From contig NC_086108.1 in the NCBI RefSeq assembly GCF_963921235.1, positions 43,650,001 through 43,714,000 on the forward strand: DNA of 64,000 bases, given 5' to 3'. Shown one piece after another: positions 1-10,457 of this stretch (within the stretch, counting starts at the first letter, position 1; the number at the start of each line of letters is the position of its first letter). This stretch comes from Mobula hypostoma. Lineage: Eukaryota. The notes under the pieces were generated by a model. The model did no database searches, was not told where the DNA came from, and was given only the letters and a program-made list of their open reading frames with translations. The translations under genes and the position numbers were made by a program.

Positions 1-1
1 G

Positions 2-879
2 AGGAAGCAGTGGGACCGCACGTATTTAGAGTTTGCCCGTGAGATGCAGACATATTGTGAGCGTTGGTGCGCCTCGAAGGGGGTAGAGGGGGATTATGAC
101 AGACTGCTACAGCTGATCCTGATTGAACAGTTTAAAGGTTGTGTCCCTGAGGGTATGAGACCCTACCTAGATGAGAAAGAGGCAGCCACGTTAGCCGCAA
201 CTGCTAAGTTAGCGGATGAATATGCGTTGATGCATAAAATGAAGTTTTCCCCGAGTAAAGGCTACCAGAAGGGTAGTCAGGACGGCGGGGAAAGCCCGCC
301 GGAAAAGTCAGAAAGTAAGCCGGGGACTAGTGAGAAGGATAAGGTAGACTGGGAGCAGTCTGGTAGGAAGTCTCCTGGGGTCGTCTGTTATAATTGCGGG
401 AAAGTCAGACACTTTGCGTCCAGGTGCTTTGCCCCAAAGAAGGAGACGGGAAAAGGAAAAACGGCGATTTTGACTGGCTGTATCGAGCTGGTAAACGAAC
501 CGCTAGGGAAGGACAGGTCTGCCAAAGTTCAGGAAGGGCGCGAGAAGTTTATCTCGGCCGGATTGGTGTCAGTGAAGGAGGGGTTAAAACCAGTTCCAGT
601 CCGGATCTGGAGAGACACGGGAGCGTGTCAGTCACTAATACTGAAGAGTGTATTAGAGTTTAGCTCAGAGACCCAGACTGGGGAGTTCAAGGTCAAAAGG
701 TATTGGAGAAGGGACAGAGACAGTCCCTTTGCACCAGGTACACTTACAAAGTAACCTGGTCTCTGGATTAGTCACAATCGGGGTGAGGTCCGAATTACCG
801 ATGAAAGACGTGGAAGTCTTGCTCGGTAATGACGTCGCCGGGGGAATCGTGTTCCCAGCCGTGAGATTGACAGGTCAGC
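2..879 (+). pseudogene. Gypsy gag-protease region (SCAN-like CA-CTD, zinc knuckle, aspartic protease) with one +1 frameshift
   Basis: Frame open from nt 2: ERWC..DYDRLLQLILIEQF..AKLADEY; CYNCGKVRHFASRC; IWRDTGACQSLI. After the A-run at 695-698 the protease continues in another frame (GIGEGTETVPLHQV..LLGNDVAGG). Confidence 0.85.
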
Positions 880-3800
880 ATCATCCTATTAAAAGGAAAA
901 AAGTTTTTAAAGTGTTCCGGAGACTTAAAGCACAAATTTTATTTTTACAAGAGACCCATGTACGGAGGGGGGACAGACTACGTTTTTTCAAATTCTGGAA
1001 GGGACAACAATTTCATTCGAACTCCAATGCTAAGATTCGAGGCGTCTCTATTTTTATAGACTCCTCAGTTACTTTTATACAACAGGATATTATCTCTGAT
1101 CCGAATGGTAGATTTTTATTGGTTAGTGGTTTACTATTTAATAAAAAAGTAGTTTTGGTTAATGTTTATGCTCCTAATATGGATTGTCCGGAATTTTATA
1201 AATCATTGTTTGATCAGTTTCCGAATTTGAACGAGTTTTCATTGATTTGGGGCGGAGATCTTAATACCTGTTTATCTCCAGCTTTGGACCGTTCGGCTCC
1301 TTTACGGACTTTACCTAATAAATCTGCAAATTTGATTAATTTTTTCCTTTCTGATTCTGGGTCGACGGACATTTGGCGTTTTCTGCATCCTCAGGAAAAA
1401 GATTTTTCCTTCTTTTCACATGTTCATCATTCCTATTCAAGAATTGATTATTTTTTCATTGATTCTCGTCTCATTCCTTCAGTGATTAAATGTGATTATG
1501 ATTCTATAACCATTTCGGATCATGCTCCACTTAAGCTTTCTATTAAAATTATGGCCAATATACCAAACAATAGACAATGGCGTTTTAATTCGCTGTTGCT
1601 TCAGGACTCGGACTTTGTTAATTTTATGAATGAACAGATTGAGCTTTTTTTTACAATTAACCATACAGAAGATATTTCGGTTAACACTCTTTGGGACACT
1701 TTTAAAGCCTATATTCGGGGTCAGATTATTTCGTATTCCGTTGCTTTGAGGAAGAAACAGAAGCAGGAGGAGATGGCAATTGTGGACAAGATTAAAGAAA
1801 TTGATAAGAAATATGTTATGGCTCCTTCTGAGGAGCTATACAAACAAAGAACTGAACTTCAAATGGAACACAGTTTACTACTCTCGTCCTCGATTGTAAA
1901 CCAATTAAAGAAAACAAGAAGTGATTTTTATGTTCACAGTGATAAAATTGGCAAGCTGCTGGCTAATCAATTGAAATCTAATTATGTTAAATCTCAAATC
2001 AATCAGATTTATAACCAAAATGATCGATTGATATTGGATCATGTGGGGATTAATCAAACCTTTTGTGATTTTTATTCTTCTTTATATCAATCAGAGTCTC
2101 CTCGAGATTCTAAATATATGAATGATTTTTTAGATAAGTTACACTTCCCTCAGATTTCACAGGATATGTCTTCTTTATTAGATACTTCCATTACAATGGA
2201 TGAGATTAAGAATGTTATTTTTTCTATGAATCTGGGGAAAGCTCCTGGCCCTGATGGGTTTACCGTTGAATTTTATAAATGTTTTGCTTCTTTATTGATT
2301 TCTTGGCTCTATAAGGTTTTTGAGGCTTCTTTGAAACTTGGTAAACTTCCGGAATCTTTTAATAGAGCATCAATTTCTTTAATACTAAAGAAGGATAAAG
2401 ACCCTGCTCAATGTGCATCTTATAGACCAATATCTTTATTAAATGTTGATTCTAAAGTTTTTTCTAAGTTATTAGCAAATAGACTAGAAAAAGTACTTCC
2501 TTCTATTATTTCGGAAGACCAAACGGGTTTTATTAAAGGTCGTTACTCTTTTTATAATATTCGTACATTGTTAAATATCGTTTATACTCCCTCACAAAAT
2601 GTTCCTGAGTGTGTTATTTCTTTAGATGCCGAGAAAGCTTTTGATAGAGTAGAATGGCCTTATTTATTTAAGGTGCTTGAAATGTTTAATTTTAGCTTGA
2701 AATTTATATCCTGGATTAAACTGTTATATCACTCCCCTGTAGCCTCGGTTCGTACTAACTCCTTAAACTCACCTTTTTTTCCTCTCTTTCGTGGTACTCG
2801 ACAAGGCTGTCCTCTTAGTCCCCTATTATTTGATATTGCATTAGAACCTCTTGCAATTGCTATTCGAGAATCTTCAAATATTACTGGGATAACTCGGGGA
2901 TTAAAGTCCCATAAATTATCACTCTATGCTGATGATTTACTTTTATATATTTCTAATCCTGAGAGATCCATTCCTGCTGTTTTAGAGTTATTAGCACAAT
3001 TTGGTCTTTTCTCAGGTTATAAATTAAATCTTAGTAAGAGTGAACTTTTTCCGATTAATAAACATCTTCCCTTATATTATAAATTTCCATTTAAATTGAT
3101 TAATAATTACTTTTCATATCTTGGGATTAAAATTACTTGTAAACATAAAGATTTATTTAAGACTAACTTTTTACCATTAATAGACCATATTACTCAACTT
3201 TCATCTAAATGGTTTCCCTTATATTTAACTTTGATTGGTCGTATTAATGCAGTTAAGATGTTTTTTTTGCCAAAATTTTTATATGTGTTTCAGGCATTAC
3301 CAATTTTCGTTCCTAAATCTTTTTTTGATAAAGTTGACTCTAAAATTTCTTCATTTATTTGGCAGAATAAGAATCCGAGACTGGGTAAAATACATTTACA
3401 GAAAGCTAAGAGAGATGGAGGTTTAGCATTACCTAACTTTAGATTTTATTATTGGGCTATTAATATTCGACATATGAAATTTTGGTTACTTGACCGGGAC
3501 ATACTATCTATTCCTAAATGGGTAGCATTGGAATTACAATCTGTTCAGGGTTATACACTTGGTTCTATTTTAGGTTCCTCTCTTCCTTTTGATTCGAAAC
3601 GCCTTAAGCAGGTCTCTAACCCGATAGTTAAATATGCTTTGCGCATTTGGTTTCAATTCAGAAAATTTTTTGATCTTAATCAATTCGGGTTAGCGATTCC
3701 TATTTTAGGTAACATATTTTTTCCTCCCTCTTTTACGGATCGCGCTTTTCAAACTTGGAAGACTAAGGGTATTTTACGGTTTTTGGATTTATTTTTAGAT

Positions 3801-4610
3801 GGTTCCCTTATGTCTTTTGAACAATTATCTAATAAATATAACTTATCAAGAATACATTTTTTTAGATATTTACAAGTTAGAAATTTCCTAAGTACTATAC
3901 TTTCTTCCTTTCCAATGCTTCCTCCTATATATATTTTAGATTCGATAATTAACCTTAATCCATGTCAGAAAGGTGCATCGGCTATGATTTATAATATTAT
4001 TATGAAACTTAGGAAAGCTCCATTTGATAAGATTAGGGTAGATTGGGAACAGGAATTGGGGCTTACCATTTCTGTGGATGATTGGGGGCAGATTTTACAA
4101 TTAGTTAATACTTCCTCTATTTGTGCTAAACATTCCCTAATTCAATTTAAAGTGGTTCATAGAGCACATATGTCCAAAGATAAGTTAGCGCGTTTTTACT
4201 CGCATATTAATCCTTTCTGTGATAGATGTTCGGGGCAGATAGCCTCTTTAACTCATATGTTTTGGTCTTGCCCTACTTTGGAAACTTTTTGGAGAGATAT
4301 TTTCAATATTATTTCTAAGGTATTAAATATAGATATCTCTCCTCACCCTATTACTGCTATCTTTGGACTACCTAAAATTTCTAGTAATCTTTCCCCTTCA
4401 GCCCGTAGAATGATTGCATTTCTTACTTTAATGGCGAAAAGATGTATTTTACAACATTGGAAAGAGCTTAATGCTCCAACTACCTTTTTTTGGTTTTCTC
4501 AGACGATTTTATGTTTGAATCTGGAGAAAATTAGAAGTAACCTTTATGATTCTTCATTTAAATTTGAACAGATTTGGGGACCTTTTATTCGATATTTTCA
4601 TTTAATGTAA
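729..4610 (+). CDS. Chimeric ORF: 50 codons of Gypsy protease C-terminus fused in frame to LINE-1 ORF2 (APE endonuclease, RT, C-terminal CCHC)
   Basis: EN motifs LQETH, NVYAPN, GGDLN, SRIDYF, SDH; RT motifs KAPGPDGF, YRPISLLN, DAEKAFD, GTRQGCPLSP, YADD; CDRC..HMFWSC; no stops in 1293 codons; first in-frame ATG at 801. Confidence 0.9.
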   Translation: MHQVHLQSNLVSGLVTIGVRSELPMKDVEVLLGNDVAGGIVFPAVRLTGQHHPIKRKKVFKVFRRLKAQILFLQETHVRRGDRLRFFKFWKGQQFHSNSNAKIRGVSIFIDSSVTFIQQDIISDPNGRFLLVSGLLFNKKVVLVNVYAPNMDCPEFYKSLFDQFPNLNEFSLIWGGDLNTCLSPALDRSAPLRTLPNKSANLINFFLSDSGSTDIWRFLHPQEKDFSFFSHVHHSYSRIDYFFIDSRLIPSVIKCDYDSITISDHAPLKLSIKIMANIPNNRQWRFNSLLLQDSDFVNFMNEQIELFFTINHTEDISVNTLWDTFKAYIRGQIISYSVALRKKQKQEEMAIVDKIKEIDKKYVMAPSEELYKQRTELQMEHSLLLSSSIVNQLKKTRSDFYVHSDKIGKLLANQLKSNYVKSQINQIYNQNDRLILDHVGINQTFCDFYSSLYQSESPRDSKYMNDFLDKLHFPQISQDMSSLLDTSITMDEIKNVIFSMNLGKAPGPDGFTVEFYKCFASLLISWLYKVFEASLKLGKLPESFNRASISLILKKDKDPAQCASYRPISLLNVDSKVFSKLLANRLEKVLPSIISEDQTGFIKGRYSFYNIRTLLNIVYTPSQNVPECVISLDAEKAFDRVEWPYLFKVLEMFNFSLKFISWIKLLYHSPVASVRTNSLNSPFFPLFRGTRQGCPLSPLLFDIALEPLAIAIRESSNITGITRGLKSHKLSLYADDLLLYISNPERSIPAVLELLAQFGLFSGYKLNLSKSELFPINKHLPLYYKFPFKLINNYFSYLGIKITCKHKDLFKTNFLPLIDHITQLSSKWFPLYLTLIGRINAVKMFFLPKFLYVFQALPIFVPKSFFDKVDSKISSFIWQNKNPRLGKIHLQKAKRDGGLALPNFRFYYWAINIRHMKFWLLDRDILSIPKWVALELQSVQGYTLGSILGSSLPFDSKRLKQVSNPIVKYALRIWFQFRKFFDLNQFGLAIPILGNIFFPPSFTDRAFQTWKTKGILRFLDLFLDGSLMSFEQLSNKYNLSRIHFFRYLQVRNFLSTILSSFPMLPPIYILDSIINLNPCQKGASAMIYNIIMKLRKAPFDKIRVDWEQELGLTISVDDWGQILQLVNTSSICAKHSLIQFKVVHRAHMSKDKLARFYSHINPFCDRCSGQIASLTHMFWSCPTLETFWRDIFNIISKVLNIDISPHPITAIFGLPKISSNLSPSARRMIAFLTLMAKRCILQHWKELNAPTTFFWFSQTILCLNLEKIRSNLYDSSFKFEQIWGPFIRYFHLM
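863..879 (+). repeat. Left copy of 17-bp L1 target-site duplication
   Basis: GAGATTGACAGGTCAGC, identical to 4966-4982. Confidence 0.93.
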
Positions 4611-4965
4611 TATTTACCCTTCTTGTTTTTTTTTTCACTGTTTTAATGGAGGTCGGGATTGAGGACGTGATTTTAAGTTTAACTCTGTTTGGTTTCAAGT
4701 TAGCCCATTGCTTTGCTTTGCTTTTAGTTAGTTGCACGGTGGTTTTTTTTTTTGGGGTTTTTTTTTCTTTTTTTTTCCATTGATATATATAAAATCTAGT
4801 ATACTATTATGTTATCTTGGTTTCTTATGCTTAAATTACATTGTTTGTAGTATTTTCTTTTTGGTATTGTTATCTTTTGGAATTTTATTATACTTTAACA
4901 TTGTATTAATGTTTATATGGCTTACCTTTTTTGTATACTTACTCAATAAAAAGATTTAAAAAGAA
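880..4965 (+). mobile_element. 5'-truncated LINE-1 (ORF2, T-rich 3' UTR, A-rich tail)
   Basis: AT-rich L1 ORF2, AATAAA at 4945-4950, A-rich tail 4951-4965, flanked by 17-bp direct repeat GAGATTGACAGGTCAGC. Confidence 0.93.
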
Positions 4966-4982
4966 GAGATTGACAGGTCAGC
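4966..4982 (+). repeat. Right copy of 17-bp L1 target-site duplication
   Basis: GAGATTGACAGGTCAGC directly after the A-rich tail; Gypsy sequence resumes here. Confidence 0.93.
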
Positions 4983-6270
4983 CTGCCAGCATTGAGGCCC
5001 CGCCCATGGACTCAGGTTCATCACGGGACCGCGGTAGTAAATTTAGCTGAGATGTTTCTGCCAGTCTTGTACGAGACGGGGGTAGAAAATGAAAAGGAGT
5101 GTAGTGAGACAAGAGGTAGTGAGGGAGCTGGGACAGACATAGCAGTAGCCAGGAAAGAATTTGTGCAGATGCAGGAGCGAGATGAGGGGCTGATGGTTTT
5201 GGTGGAGGAGGAAGTACTAAGGAAGAAAGGGAGACCAAGTACCGTACCCGCAGATGAGGAATGGGGGGTGGTGCAAAAGAGTTATGGGGATGAGGTTTTT
5301 AACCTGGCCCACAAGGTACCCCCCGGTGGACATTTTGCGGTACTGGAGGAAACAGTTGGTGGAATCATGAAAGAGGTTTACCGGCTGCCCAGGGGGAAGG
5401 ATGTTATTGATTATGACTGACGCGAACTGAGACGGTCACAGGCTTTTGATATGCTAACAAGCCTAGTCGGTGTTAGTGCGGAAATCAATGAAGCTAGGGT
5501 CCCCCCGATAAGAGAAAAGAACCATTTTGAAAAGATGAGTATGGTATCGACCAGATGGGAGAAAGCTATTGTTTTGGCCAGGTCTGCTGATAAGGTCTCT
5601 CCCTTAATCCCCGAACAAAGCGGCTCTTTAGGAGAAGTAATTAAACGACTCGCACATGTGTGTTTGATTGTCCCGAGGCGATGCAAAGAACTGGGACGTT
5701 GGGTGGTGTCTGTTATACTAGGTCAGCCTAGCGAGCACCATACATATAGAATGAGTAATTCAGTGACTAAAGGGCTGACGAACACAGAGGTGTGTATTGG
5801 TGATGTAATACGGCTGTCTGAAGCCAGCTTGATAGTGAACCTTGAAAAAAATGAGTTCGGCCACATGAAGGTCACTTACCTGGGAATTGTGGTGACACAG
5901 GGGCAGCTGGCAACAATGCAAGCTAAAGTGCGGGCTATCTCTGACATCCCAACCCTGACAGATAAGAGGGCCCTCAGAAGGCTCTTGGAGATGGTGGGGT
6001 ACTGTAGGAAGTTTTGCAATAACTCTGCGGTCACTACGCCTCCCCCTCCTACTCAGCCCTTGCGAGAGAAAACTAAGTCGGAATGGGACGACCCTTGTTA
6101 TTGTGGTCCGGGACAAAACCAAATGAGAGGTTACATTGATCGCAATTCATCAGTGTTTTTGGCCACTGTGAAGTTTGCTAAGTTGGAGCCTGGTCTAAGA
6201 GATTATTAATAACACATATAAAAGGAACAGAAAATGTGATGGCTGACTGTCTGTCAGGTGTTGACAACTT
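4983..6270 (+). pseudogene. Collapsed Gypsy pol remnant (integrase N-terminal fragment, then RT thumb fragment)
   Basis: VPADEEWGVVQ..LAHKVPPGGHF parallels VPANEEWAIVHQ..LAHSKPLNGHL of the element at 26595-27266; RLSEASLIVNLEKNEFGHMKVTYLG..KRALRRLLEMVGYCRKFC parallels RT of 25257-26153. Confidence 0.8.
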
Positions 6271-6383
6271 CAAATTCGCTGTATTAGCCAAATAGCTGAT
6301 AAAGATGTATATTTGTGTGTATCAAATAATGTATTCATGTTTGTAATTTTTACCCCCCAGTAAAAATCCTTAAAGGGGGGAAG

Positions 6384-7248
6384 TGTGACAAGAATACACA
6401 TAGATTAAGATGTTAGCTGTCCTGTGTGCTCAGCAGTTGGTCTGCCACCTGTCTTCAGGAGAAAGAGGGATAAGGGAAACAATGGAGCAGCATTTGGAGA
6501 TGTGAAATGAAGGGATGGGAGAGAGAGTAACAGAAGGAGGGAGCTGTCAAGAGCGGCTCCCCCTTTGAATCCTGAACTGTTGAAGTGATGGACAGGCGAT
6601 AACCCAGCAGGGGGATAAAAAGGGACAGGTTCGCTAAGGCAGGACACACATGACACCCGAGGTAACAAGACCCTGGAAGCGATGCGTCTCTCACAAGTCG
6701 GTGGGAAGTACCGGGCCATAAACGCACAGGGTGGAAAGGCACGATCGGCGGGAACCTGGTGTGTGTCCACCCTTGCCTGGGTGCTGGGTTCACCGCAGAG
6801 AAACGATCGTATCTGGAAACGGAGGGGTCACGGTCGGTTACCTCAGATGACATCACAAAGGACTCGCCCGAAAGCTGACTGCGAAGGTCTGTGTGGAAGC
6901 GGTTTTGAATATTCATTCGTTTTGCTCTCTCTCTCCTTCCCCCCACACTGTCCACCTCCCACGGCAGCGATTACTGCGAACTGAACTGAACTAAATTGAA
7001 CTGAACTTTGCGTCACTTTGAAACTGGTCATTTACCCCTAGACAACGATAGAGCTTGATTAATCCTGTTATCTTAATTCTGTGTACATGTGTGTTTATCA
7101 TTGCTGAACTGCTGCATTTATTATCCTTTTGATTAGAGTACTGTGTTGCTTGTTTCTTTAATAAAACTTTCTTAGTTCTAGTAATCCAGACTCCAACTGG
7201 GTGATCCATTTCTGCTGGTTTGGCAACCCAGTTACGGGGTACGTAACA
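6384..7248 (+). repeat. 3' LTR of the first Gmr1-like element
   Basis: Starts TG after the PPT, ends CA; TATA-like GATAAAA near 6614, (GAACT)n tract near 6978-7007, AATAAA 7160-7165. Confidence 0.85.
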
Positions 7249-8205
7249 CTAAACACAGCTCCAATGCCGCATTTAAATTTGCTCGCACCACCTCTGTCGT
7301 TGGCCGAGTCTAAGGTGGTGACAAATTAGCATGTAGGAGGGAGACTGAAAATCTGGCTGAGTGGTACCACAGCAACAACCTCTCACTCAATGTCAGCAAT
7401 AACAAAGTGATGATTATTGTCTTTAGGAGAAGGAAACTGGAAGTTCTATGAGACAGTCCTTATCGGGGAATCAGAAGTGGAAAGGGTCAGCAACTTTAAA
7501 TTCCTTGGCGTTATCATCTCAGAAGATCTGTCCTGGGCCCAGCAGGTAAGTGCAATTATGAAGAAAGCACATTAGCACCTTAGAAGCATGTTTACTTCCT
7601 TAGAAGTCAAGTCAAGTCACTTTTTATTGTCATTTTGACCATAACTGCTGGTACAGTACACAGTAAAAATGAGGCAATGTGTTTCAGGACCATGGTGCTA
7701 CATGAACAATACAAAAACTACAGTGAACTACGTAAAACAACACAAAACTACACTAGACTACAGACCTACCCAGGACTACATAAAGTGCACAAAACAGTAC
7801 AGGCATTACAATAAATAATAAACAAGACAATAGGCACAGTAGGGGGCAGTAGGTTGGTGTCAGTCCAGGCTCTGGGTATTGAGGAGTCTGATGGCTTGGG
7901 GGAAGAAACTGTTACATAGTCTGGTCGTGAGAGCCTGAATACTTCGGTGCCTTTTGCCAGATGGCAGGAGGGAGAAGAGTTTGTATGAGGGGTGTGTGGG
8001 ATCCTTCATAATGCTGTTTGATTTACAGATGCAGCGTGTGGTGTAAATGTCTGTAATGGTGGGAAGAGAGACCCCGATGATCTTCTCAGCTGACCTCACT
8101 GACCTGCGAAGATTTAGCATGTCACCTAAAACTCTGACAAACTTTCTATAGATGTGTGGTGGAGAGTATATTAATTGGTTGCATCACGGCCTGGTATGGA
8201 AACAC
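7249..8205 (+). mobile_element. Rex1/Babar-like LINE RT 3' fragment, with an oppositely oriented related LINE 3' end inserted at ~7606-8105
   Basis: Degenerate NNLSLNVS..FKFLGVIISEDLSW sequence; minus-strand ORF 7860-8120 (DPTHPSYKLFSLLPSGKR..NSFFPQAIRLLN) with (TTGAC)n tail. Confidence 0.7.
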
Positions 8206-9994
8206 TTCAGGTTGGGACCTGTCATCTGGACTGAAAGATAGGGGGAGGTGACCAGTATACAAACATAGAGAGAAGGGTTGGAAAAGGAGGAGGAGAAAGT
8301 GGGAATCGTACCAGATATGGGAAGGTGCTAAGTGAAAGAGACAAAGGGCTGAAGATAATGGAATCTGATTGGAGATGAAGATGGGGGCATGGAATAAAGG
8401 AAAGGCAAGGCAAGGGCAGATGGGAGTAATCAGTCTAGTTTGTGAATCTTGGGAAGGACTCTGTGATATTACATAACTTAATGGTGGTTATAAATTATTC
8501 TAGCTGTCTGTTTTTGGCCGTGGGAGATCTGCATGTTTCAGAATTTCAGTGAAGCGGCATTCCGCTGTAAAGAATTGGGATTTTTTTTCTTGCATCTTAC
8601 TGGTGATTCCATGGATGTGAGAAAATACAATAGAGGTTTAAAATCTGTTGTTGATTTCTGTTAGCACAGTTGGACTCTTCTAGTCTCTTTGAGTCAATTC
8701 ATTCTCACTCATTCACTCAGCGAGGTTGAAGCAGCTACTACTGCAGAATCTGCCACTTTCACCAGAGGAAGAGAGACCTGAAACTATTCAGGAGGTAAGA
8801 GTTGCCCTCATGGCTCATCACTCAGGCAGATCAACATCTAACCCTCTGTGTTGCCAACACCTGTGAAGATCCCTTGGCAAATCCAAGTTGGTGACTGTAT
8901 GGCACCTCTCTGACAACTCATTGTCCCTGCTAAGTTTTACACTTTGCAATGAGTCAAATCTAATTTACACGAGTAACTAGTGAGTTGATGAGATGGAACA
9001 TTTTGTTTAAATTCTGTCCTGGGTTTCTCAAAAGCACTGCTGCTTTTATTTCTAGTATTGAAATATTCATACTTTCTATACAAGTTCTAAACCTTCAGAT
9101 ATTTAAGACAGATGTGCTTAAGACTAGGAATTTGCAGGTGTTAGGTAAAAGAGGTCTTGCAGACTTTGATGTCGGCAATTCCAGGGTTCTGCTTCATGAA
9201 ATGTTTTCACTGGAGATCCCCTGTGGCTTTACACCAGGACCCAGGCATGCTATTCACAGTAAAAGTTTTCCTTACTAGTACTTCTCAGAGTATGTCACTT
9301 CAAATGCTCAGGGTAAGTTTGTGGACAGCAGGATGACTGCATGTCTATTTTATGTTTGGTTAGGTCTATTTGTTAAATGGATCTGCCATAATTCAATCCG
9401 GTTTCTGTTCTTTCTTCATAGGTGGCCAGTTCAAACTCATAAGACGGTCCAAAAGTTCAAGTTTCAGAGCCTTCTATGGAAGTTTGTGCTGCTCCTTGGA
9501 ACTTGCCGCTTCTTCATTGTAACCCTTCGGTACAATGCTTCCCTCTAGTGGACTTCTCCAATTTGTACCCAAGAGAATTTGCAAATGCTGGATATCCAGA
9601 GTAAAAAATGCTGGAGGAACTCAATGGGTCAGGCAGCATTTACGGAAAGTAATAAACAGTCAACAGTTTGGTGGGGGAGGGGTCTCAGCCTGAAATGTCA
9701 AATGTTTATTTTTTTTCAATGGGTGTTGCATGTCCTGATGAGTTCCTCTATAGATCAGTTGGAAAGCTGGCAGAGCAATGCCAAATAGAATATAATCCTG
9801 ATAGACATGAGGTGATACATTTTAGAAAGGCAAACGAGGTTAGGACAAACTCAGAGCGACAGGACCCAAGAGGCTTTTGATAACAATAATACTGGGGAGC
9901 AAGTCAGTAAGTCCCTTAAAATGGTAGCACAGTTGGGTAAACCGTTGACTAAGGCATGTGGGCTGCCTGCCTTCATTGGCCTTGACAAAGAAAA

Positions 9995-10457
9995 CAAGAA
10001 CTGATTGTGGCCTTCAGAAAGGGTAAGATGAGGGAACACACACCAGTCCCTAAGCTGCAGAGAGTTGTAAAGTTAGTCAGCTCCATCATGGGCATTAGCC
10101 TCCATTGTATCCAAGACATCTTCAAGGAGCGATCCCTCAAAAAGGCGGTGTCCATCATTAAGGACCCACATCACCCAGGGCATGTCTTGTTCTCATCAGG
10201 AAGGAGGTACAGAAGCCTGAAAGCACACAAACAGCGATTCAGGAACAGCTTCTTCCCCTCTGCCATCTGATTTCTGAATGGACATTGAACCCATGAACAC
10301 TACTTCACTACTTTTTTATTTCTATTTTTGCACTAAATTATCGATGTAATATACTTACTGCAATTGAGTTTTTTTTATCTATCATGTATTGCATTATACT
10401 GCTGTCGCAAAGACAACAAATTTCACGACATATGCCGGTGATATTAAACTTGATTTT
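9995..10457 (+). mobile_element. Rex1/Babar-like LINE 3' fragment
   Basis: ORF 10007-10270 IIKDPHHPGH..SGRRYRSL..RFRNSFFPSAI plus characteristic 3' UTR. Confidence 0.7.

Larger units (their letters stand above)
1..7248 (+). mobile_element. Gmr1-like Gypsy LTR retrotransposon (5' part outside window), interrupted by a LINE-1 and internally deleted in pol
   Basis: Gag with SCAN-like capsid segment and CCHC knuckle, protease DTGA motif, integrase and RT remnants at 4983-6270, PPT AAAGGGGGGAAG (6372-6383), 3' LTR TGTGACA...CGTAACA (6384-7248). Confidence 0.88.

Noticed and set aside
6405..7031. ORFs of 100-166 aa within 6405-7031 as an env or accessory gene
   Set aside because: They fall inside the 3' LTR, downstream of the PPT, and show no protein motifs
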